A stretch of DNA of 64,000 nt, taken from contig CAXFSR010000017.1 in the NCBI GenBank assembly GCA_964005815.1, positions 160,001-224,000 on the forward strand. The letters run 5' to 3'. Under the pieces are notes generated by a model. It had not been told where the DNA came from, did not search any database, and saw nothing but the letters and a program-made list of their open reading frames with translations. Positions 59,375-64,000 of the stretch are shown here, one piece after another. Source of the DNA: an uncultured Nitrospinaceae bacterium (lineage in GTDB: Bacteria > UBA8248). Numbering within the stretch: the first letter of the stretch is position 1; every line of letters starts with the position of its first letter. The position numbers and the translations under genes are program-made.

Positions 59375-60310
59375 TTATTTTTCAAGTATGGCACGAGCTT
59401 TTTCAACATCTAAAGAAATTTGTTGAACTAGTTTTTCAACACTAGAAAATTTAAATTCATCTCTAATTCTTTCAACAAACTCCAACCGAATCTCCTTTCC
59501 GTAGATATTCCCACCTTCCCAGTTAAGTATATGAGCTTCTATAGTAACGCTTTGACCGTCAAAAGTTGGCCTTTTCCCAATATTCAAAACTGTTGGGAAA
59601 AAATCAGATGAAAAAGATTTGACTTTTGACCAACATGCATAAACACCATTTGAAGGAATCAATGTTGAAGGAGGTGCAACATTTGCAGTAGGAAATCCAA
59701 TTCCAGCCCCTCTCCCATCTCCTTTCTCAATTAGACCTTCAAGGCAATGTCTTGTTCCAAGCAATACATTCGCCTCTGCAACAGACCCAGATGAAAGCAT
59801 CTTTCGGATTTCAGTACTACTTACAATTTTATCCTGAAAAGCAAAAGGTTCAAGAACTTCTACCAAAAAATCAAAATTTTTTCCGAGTGTCTTAAGAAAT
59901 TCTATATTCCCTCCTCTATTCTTTCCAAAATGAAAGTTATACCCAACTAAAACTTCCTTCGCTTTTATTCCATTAGTAATATAAGTAGAAACAAACTGTT
60001 CAGGGCTAAAATCAGAGAGGTCTTTTGTAAATGGTTCAACTACCATTATATCAATTCCTTCATCTTCTAATCTTTTTGTCTTTTCAGATAATGTAGTCAT
60101 TAAAGAGGGACACCTTTCTGGTGCAACTATCGATAATGGATGCGGATCAAAAGTAAGTATTACCGACCTAAGTTTTCCACTTTTTGATTTTTCTCTAAGT
60201 TTTGCACATATATTTTTATGTGCCAGATGAACTCCATCAAAATTGCCAATTGATAAGACTGCACCATCCCAATCCGAATCTAAATTATCAATCCCTTTTA
60301 TGATTTCCAT
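59375..60310 (-). CDS. ribF: Bifunctional riboflavin kinase/FAD synthetase
   Basis: IGNFDGVHLAH, TFDPHP, VSSTEIR, GFPTAN, NIGKRPT, IEAH. Confidence 0.96.
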   Translation of the reverse strand: MEIIKGIDNLDSDWDGAVLSIGNFDGVHLAHKNICAKLREKSKSGKLRSVILTFDPHPLSIVAPERCPSLMTTLSEKTKRLEDEGIDIMVVEPFTKDLSDFSPEQFVSTYITNGIKAKEVLVGYNFHFGKNRGGNIEFLKTLGKNFDFLVEVLEPFAFQDKIVSSTEIRKMLSSGSVAEANVLLGTRHCLEGLIEKGDGRGAGIGFPTANVAPPSTLIPSNGVYACWSKVKSFSSDFFPTVLNIGKRPTFDGQSVTIEAHILNWEGGNIYGKEIRLEFVERIRDEFKFSSVEKLVQQISLDVEKARAILEK

Positions 60311-60522
60311 TAAACGATCCTATAAATAATAAAAATTACGTAAACACTCAGTGAAATCAGTACCTTGAAAACTAAACATTTTCAACCATTCAAGAATAAA
60401 AAAATAAACACATAAAATTGCATTACATGATAGATTGCAATCAATCATATAATAAGCTTTAATCGTTGATGTCTTATAACTAGGCATTTTTTTCAACTGA
60501 TTTTACTTTCAAAAGGTCTTAA

Positions 60523-62097
60523 ATGATTTTTCCAACAAAAATGTTATTAATTTTAATGGTTTTATTCTCTTTTCTATGGATAGACAAAAATTCCTTTGCA
60601 AAAAATTCTACCAGAAATAATTACATTAAAAAAAATCGTCCTAAAAGTCCGACACCAACTCCTAAAATTAATTCCCTTAAATTAGAATTATCTTTAAAAG
60701 AAGCAATAAGTCTAGCTTTGGCGAGGAATTTTGATATAAGCATCGAAAGATTAAAAGGAGAAATCAAAAAAGAAGAGATTATTGAGAAAAAATCAAAGTT
60801 TGATACAACCTTCATTGCTAGTGGAGAATCGGAGAAATCTAAAAATGAGACTGTTAGCACTACTTCTACTGGAAGCACTAAAAAAGTAAATAGCACTCAA
60901 AACATTCAGGCTGGATTCAAAAGGAAAATCTTAAGTGGCGCGGAATTATCTATGTTGTTTGATTGGGACCGAGAAGGGACTAATTCAAAGAACAACCTTT
61001 TCGACCCAAATTTCAGTACAGGACTCACGCTTTCTGTCACACAACCGCTTTTAAGAAATTACGGAGTAGATCTCAATTCTGCAGATATAAGAATTGCTAC
61101 TGAAAATCTTCGTCAATCAAGAAACGAATACAATAAAAAGATTACAAATATTGTTACCGATGTAGAATTGTCCTACTGGGATTTGATTCTTGCTATTAGA
61201 AATTTAAAATTAAAAAAGAAATCTCTGGAATTAGCCAAGGATTTACTCCGCCGAAATAAAATACAGGTAAAAATAGGCACTCTGACTAGAATCGAAATTC
61301 TAGATGCAAAAACAAGTGTAGCCATGAGAGAAGATGAACTAATTGTCGCTAAAAGAGAAGTTCTTGAGAGAGAAGATACATTAAAATTACTCCTCAATAT
61401 TTCCATTCGTTCAAGACCATCAAGAATTGCTCTCAAACCAACGAGTAAACTCGACTTCAAGCAAATTCGGATTAACGAATTTGATTTATTCGAAAAAGCT
61501 CTCTCACGAAGAACAGATCTCATTAAAGATAAGATAGAAATTCAAAAGAGAAAAATTACGATCAATAAAAAAAGAAATCTGTTACTACCTAAACTGAATT
61601 TTACTAGCAGTTTAAAAAATAGTTCGAAGCAAGATTCAACTCAAAAAGCGCTAAAAAGACAATTCTCTAACAAGGGCTATGAAATATCGGGAAAATTAGC
61701 ATTTGAATTTCCTTTAGGAAATCGTGAAGCAAAATCAAATTACAGAAAATCCAAAAGCGAATATTACGAAGCAAAAGAAATATTCAAGAAAAATAAACAA
61801 ATAATCTTAGAAGAAGTCCAAAAGATTTCTCGCAAAACAAAAACGAGTATGAAAAGAATTAAAACTACTCTACTCGCAAAAAAGCTTGCTGCTCAACGTT
61901 TAGAAGTACAAGAACAAAAGTTCGCCCTAGGTCTCACAACAAGTCGTCAGATTTTAGAAGATCAAGAATCTTTAGAGAATGCCTCGTTGAACCATATCCG
62001 AGCCTTGATAAACTACAAGAAGAACTTAGCAATGTTAAGAAAGACTACTCAAACTACTTTGTCATTTTTTAAGATTTCTCTCTCAAAAACTAAATAG
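60523..62097 (+). CDS. TolC-family outer-membrane efflux protein
   Basis: Signal peptide, LSLKEAISLALARN, TQPLLRNYG, YWDL, LLPKLN, FPLGNREA. Confidence 0.88.
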   Translation: MIFPTKMLLILMVLFSFLWIDKNSFAKNSTRNNYIKKNRPKSPTPTPKINSLKLELSLKEAISLALARNFDISIERLKGEIKKEEIIEKKSKFDTTFIASGESEKSKNETVSTTSTGSTKKVNSTQNIQAGFKRKILSGAELSMLFDWDREGTNSKNNLFDPNFSTGLTLSVTQPLLRNYGVDLNSADIRIATENLRQSRNEYNKKITNIVTDVELSYWDLILAIRNLKLKKKSLELAKDLLRRNKIQVKIGTLTRIEILDAKTSVAMREDELIVAKREVLEREDTLKLLLNISIRSRPSRIALKPTSKLDFKQIRINEFDLFEKALSRRTDLIKDKIEIQKRKITINKKRNLLLPKLNFTSSLKNSSKQDSTQKALKRQFSNKGYEISGKLAFEFPLGNREAKSNYRKSKSEYYEAKEIFKKNKQIILEEVQKISRKTKTSMKRIKTTLLAKKLAAQRLEVQEQKFALGLTTSRQILEDQESLENASLNHIRALINYKKNLAMLRKTTQTTLSFFKISLSKTK

Positions 62098-62109
62098 AAG
62101 TCATATGAA

Positions 62110-62541
62110 TTGGACAAAACAATTAAACGTATTTTAGGAATAGACTATGGAAGCAAAAGAGTAGGAATTGCAATAAGCGATGAACTGCAATTGACTGCAC
62201 AACCTCTCACGCTTTTAAAAAGATTGAATGATAACGACATAATCTCTGAAATAAAAAAAATAATGAGTCTATATAATATAGAAAAGATTATAGTTGGTTT
62301 CCCAGTTTTACTAGATGGGAGTCATTCTAAACAAACAAAAACAACAAAGAATTTTATTTCACGTGTGAGAAAATCTATAGATTTGCCTGTCAAAAAATGG
62401 GAAGAACGTTTATCTACTATTGAGGCTGGAAAAATATTAAGTTCCGTTTCAAAAAACAAAAAGAAAGAAAATATCGATATAGTTTCAGCCCAAATTATAC
62501 TTCAGAGTTTCCTTGACAAAATCAGAAAAAATCAAAAATGA
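62110..62541 (+). CDS. ruvX: RuvX/YqgF nuclease (pre-16S rRNA maturation)
   Basis: ILGIDYGSKRVGIAISD, IVGFP, WEERLSTIEA, ID..SAQIILQ. Confidence 0.93.
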   Translation: MDKTIKRILGIDYGSKRVGIAISDELQLTAQPLTLLKRLNDNDIISEIKKIMSLYNIEKIIVGFPVLLDGSHSKQTKTTKNFISRVRKSIDLPVKKWEERLSTIEAGKILSSVSKNKKKENIDIVSAQIILQSFLDKIRKNQK

Positions 62542-63584
62542 ATTACAACAAGACCTTACTTTTCTTTGGTACAGTTGCAATAGTTTTCTTCTTAGTAATT
62601 ATATATGCAAATAATATTTTCTATTCTCCATCGAATGTCACAAACAAAGAATTAGTTTTAATTGAAATAAAAAAAGGAATGGGATTATCCGACATTTCTT
62701 TACTCCTATCAAAAAAAGGAATTATTAATCATCCCTACCTATTTAACACTCAAATTATATTAAGAGGCAGTTCTTCGCATCTAAAAGTTGGGATATACGA
62801 ACTAAGCCCATCAATGACACAAAATAGAGTTTACCGAACACTCTTAGCAGGAAATGTAGCTACAAGGACTATCACTATTCCTGAAGGGTTTACAGTAAAA
62901 ATGATTGGAGAAAAACTTGAAAAGAATGGAATAACTAACAAAAAAGACATCATTAGACTAAGCGGCGAAAAGGAGTTCATCTTATCCCTAGGTCTTAAAA
63001 CACATTCATTAGAAGGATATCTTTTTCCTGATACCTATATTTTAAGAGTGAAAATGCATCCTGAACTTGTCTTAAAAAAAATGATACAAAATTTCAGAAA
63101 AAAAATGACATCAGAAATAAGGTTGAAGATACAAAAACAAAAAAAGACTTTACATGAAGTACTCACACTTGCTTCTATTGTCGAGAAAGAAACTTCAGTT
63201 CCCAAAGAAAGATTCCTAATAGCTTCAGTTTTTTTAAATAGATTAAAAAAAAACATGCGACTTCAAAGCGACCCGACTGTGATTTACTCTCTACCTTTTT
63301 TAAAAAGAAAACTATCAAAAAAAGACCTAAGCTATAACTCTCCCTACAACACTTATATACGTAGGGGACTACCGCCAGGACCAATTGCAAACCCTGGGAT
63401 AGAATCTATACTTGCTGTCTTAAATCCCTCGAAAAAAACTTTTCTTTATTTTGTTGCAAAAGGAGATAGTAGTCATTTTTTTTCAAAAACCTACAAAGAA
63501 CATAGAAGAAACATTCGTTTTATCAAAAAACAACGGCTCAGAAAGGTTGACCTGAATTATGGCACAGTGTCATCATCTAAATAA
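62538..63584 (+). CDS. mltG: Endolytic transglycosylase
   Basis: N-terminal TM, TIPEG, LEGYLFPDTY, ASIVEKE, LQSDPT, SPYNTY…GLPPGPIANPG, LYFV. Confidence 0.95.
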   Translation: MNYNKTLLFFGTVAIVFFLVIIYANNIFYSPSNVTNKELVLIEIKKGMGLSDISLLLSKKGIINHPYLFNTQIILRGSSSHLKVGIYELSPSMTQNRVYRTLLAGNVATRTITIPEGFTVKMIGEKLEKNGITNKKDIIRLSGEKEFILSLGLKTHSLEGYLFPDTYILRVKMHPELVLKKMIQNFRKKMTSEIRLKIQKQKKTLHEVLTLASIVEKETSVPKERFLIASVFLNRLKKNMRLQSDPTVIYSLPFLKRKLSKKDLSYNSPYNTYIRRGLPPGPIANPGIESILAVLNPSKKTFLYFVAKGDSSHFFSKTYKEHRRNIRFIKKQRLRKVDLNYGTVSSSK

Positions 63585-63640
63585 TTTTGACTTAGTTTTA
63601 CTTATTTCTTTTTTTTAAATCGCAAATAATTTTTTTGCAA

Positions 63641-64000
63641 ATGGAGAGAGTTTTGTTGGAAACAAGATACAATCCAAAAGAAACAGAAGCAAAATGGTAT
63701 GAGTATTGGCAAAAAAATGGATGCTTCAAGGGAAAACCTGATAATCAAAAGAAGATGTTTTCTCTAGTGATTCCACCACCAAATGTAACCGGTTCTCTTC
63801 ATATGGGACATGCACTTAATAATACACTGCAGGACATTTTAGCAAGATGGCATAGAATGAAAGATTATTCTGTATGCTGGATGCCAGGTACTGACCATGC
63901 AGGAATTGCAACTCAAAATGTTGTCGAGAGAATGCTATCTTCAGAAAATAAGTCGAGAGAAGAATTAGGAAGGAAAAAATTTATAGAAGAAGTCTGGAAA
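63641..64000 (+). CDS. valS: Valine--tRNA ligase, 5' portion (runs off the window)
   Basis: Absent from the ORF track; manual translation [23 protein letters not shown]…[16 protein letters not shown]…[15 protein letters not shown]. Confidence 0.95.
   Translation, partial: MERVLLETRYNPKETEAKWYEYWQKNGCFKGKPDNQKKMFSLVIPPPNVTGSLHMGHALNNTLQDILARWHRMKDYSVCWMPGTDHAGIATQNVVERMLSSENKSREELGRKKFIEEVWK

Noticed and set aside
170..63390. Numerous 60-120 aa ORFs in the track overlapping larger genes (e.g. 170..388, 2089..2573, 16774..17091, 35304..35600, 49935..50225, 61173..61523)
   Set aside because: Antisense or alternate-frame shadows of well-supported genes, without recognisable motifs
1..64000. Genome-wide UGA reassignment (code 4/25) as the explanation for the rSAM TGA
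   Set aside because: TGA ends several complete genes at their expected C-termini (e.g. 4218-4220, 27248-27250, 62539-62541), and the recognised genes translate full length under code 11
1..64000. tRNA, rRNA, CRISPR arrays, integrases, transposases or defence systems
   Set aside because: The larger intergenic gaps were read; none showed tRNA arms or regularly spaced repeats, and no ORF has mobile-element or defence motifs

Overview
AT-rich, gene-dense chromosomal segment of a diderm bacterium (TolC, lipoproteins; genetic code 11). About 64 CDS were found, with no rRNA, tRNA, CRISPR array, prophage or transposase. Housekeeping genes include sdhCAB, korAB, tyrS, partial valS, coaD, moaB, queA, trmJ, ribF, mltG, ruvX, rpoZ, HU/IHF, erpA and a dnaK-cbpA-hspR-grpE-dnaJ cluster. 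They are interleaved with many catabolic enzymes of unknown substrate: two luciferase-like monooxygenases, two M24 hydrolases, two amidohydrolases, SDRs, VOC proteins, a cyclase and two Mo/W-bisPGD enzymes. The strongest hidden signal is a cobalamin-type radical SAM gene (53207..54622). Its apparent TGA stop is very probably selenocysteine (…WFC-U-AEPTESQLTLN*) and is followed by a SECIS-like hairpin. A Tat-less Psr-like molybdoenzyme operon has an NrfC-NrfD fusion, a TorD chaperone that appears to need an ATT start, and a convergent candidate accessory gene. Also seen: tandem HAIR-like boxes over the dnaK promoter, a short motif shared by GrpE and DUF1844, and an apparently autoregulated MarR-LLM-cyclase operon. 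All family assignments come from motif recognition by eye, not database searches.
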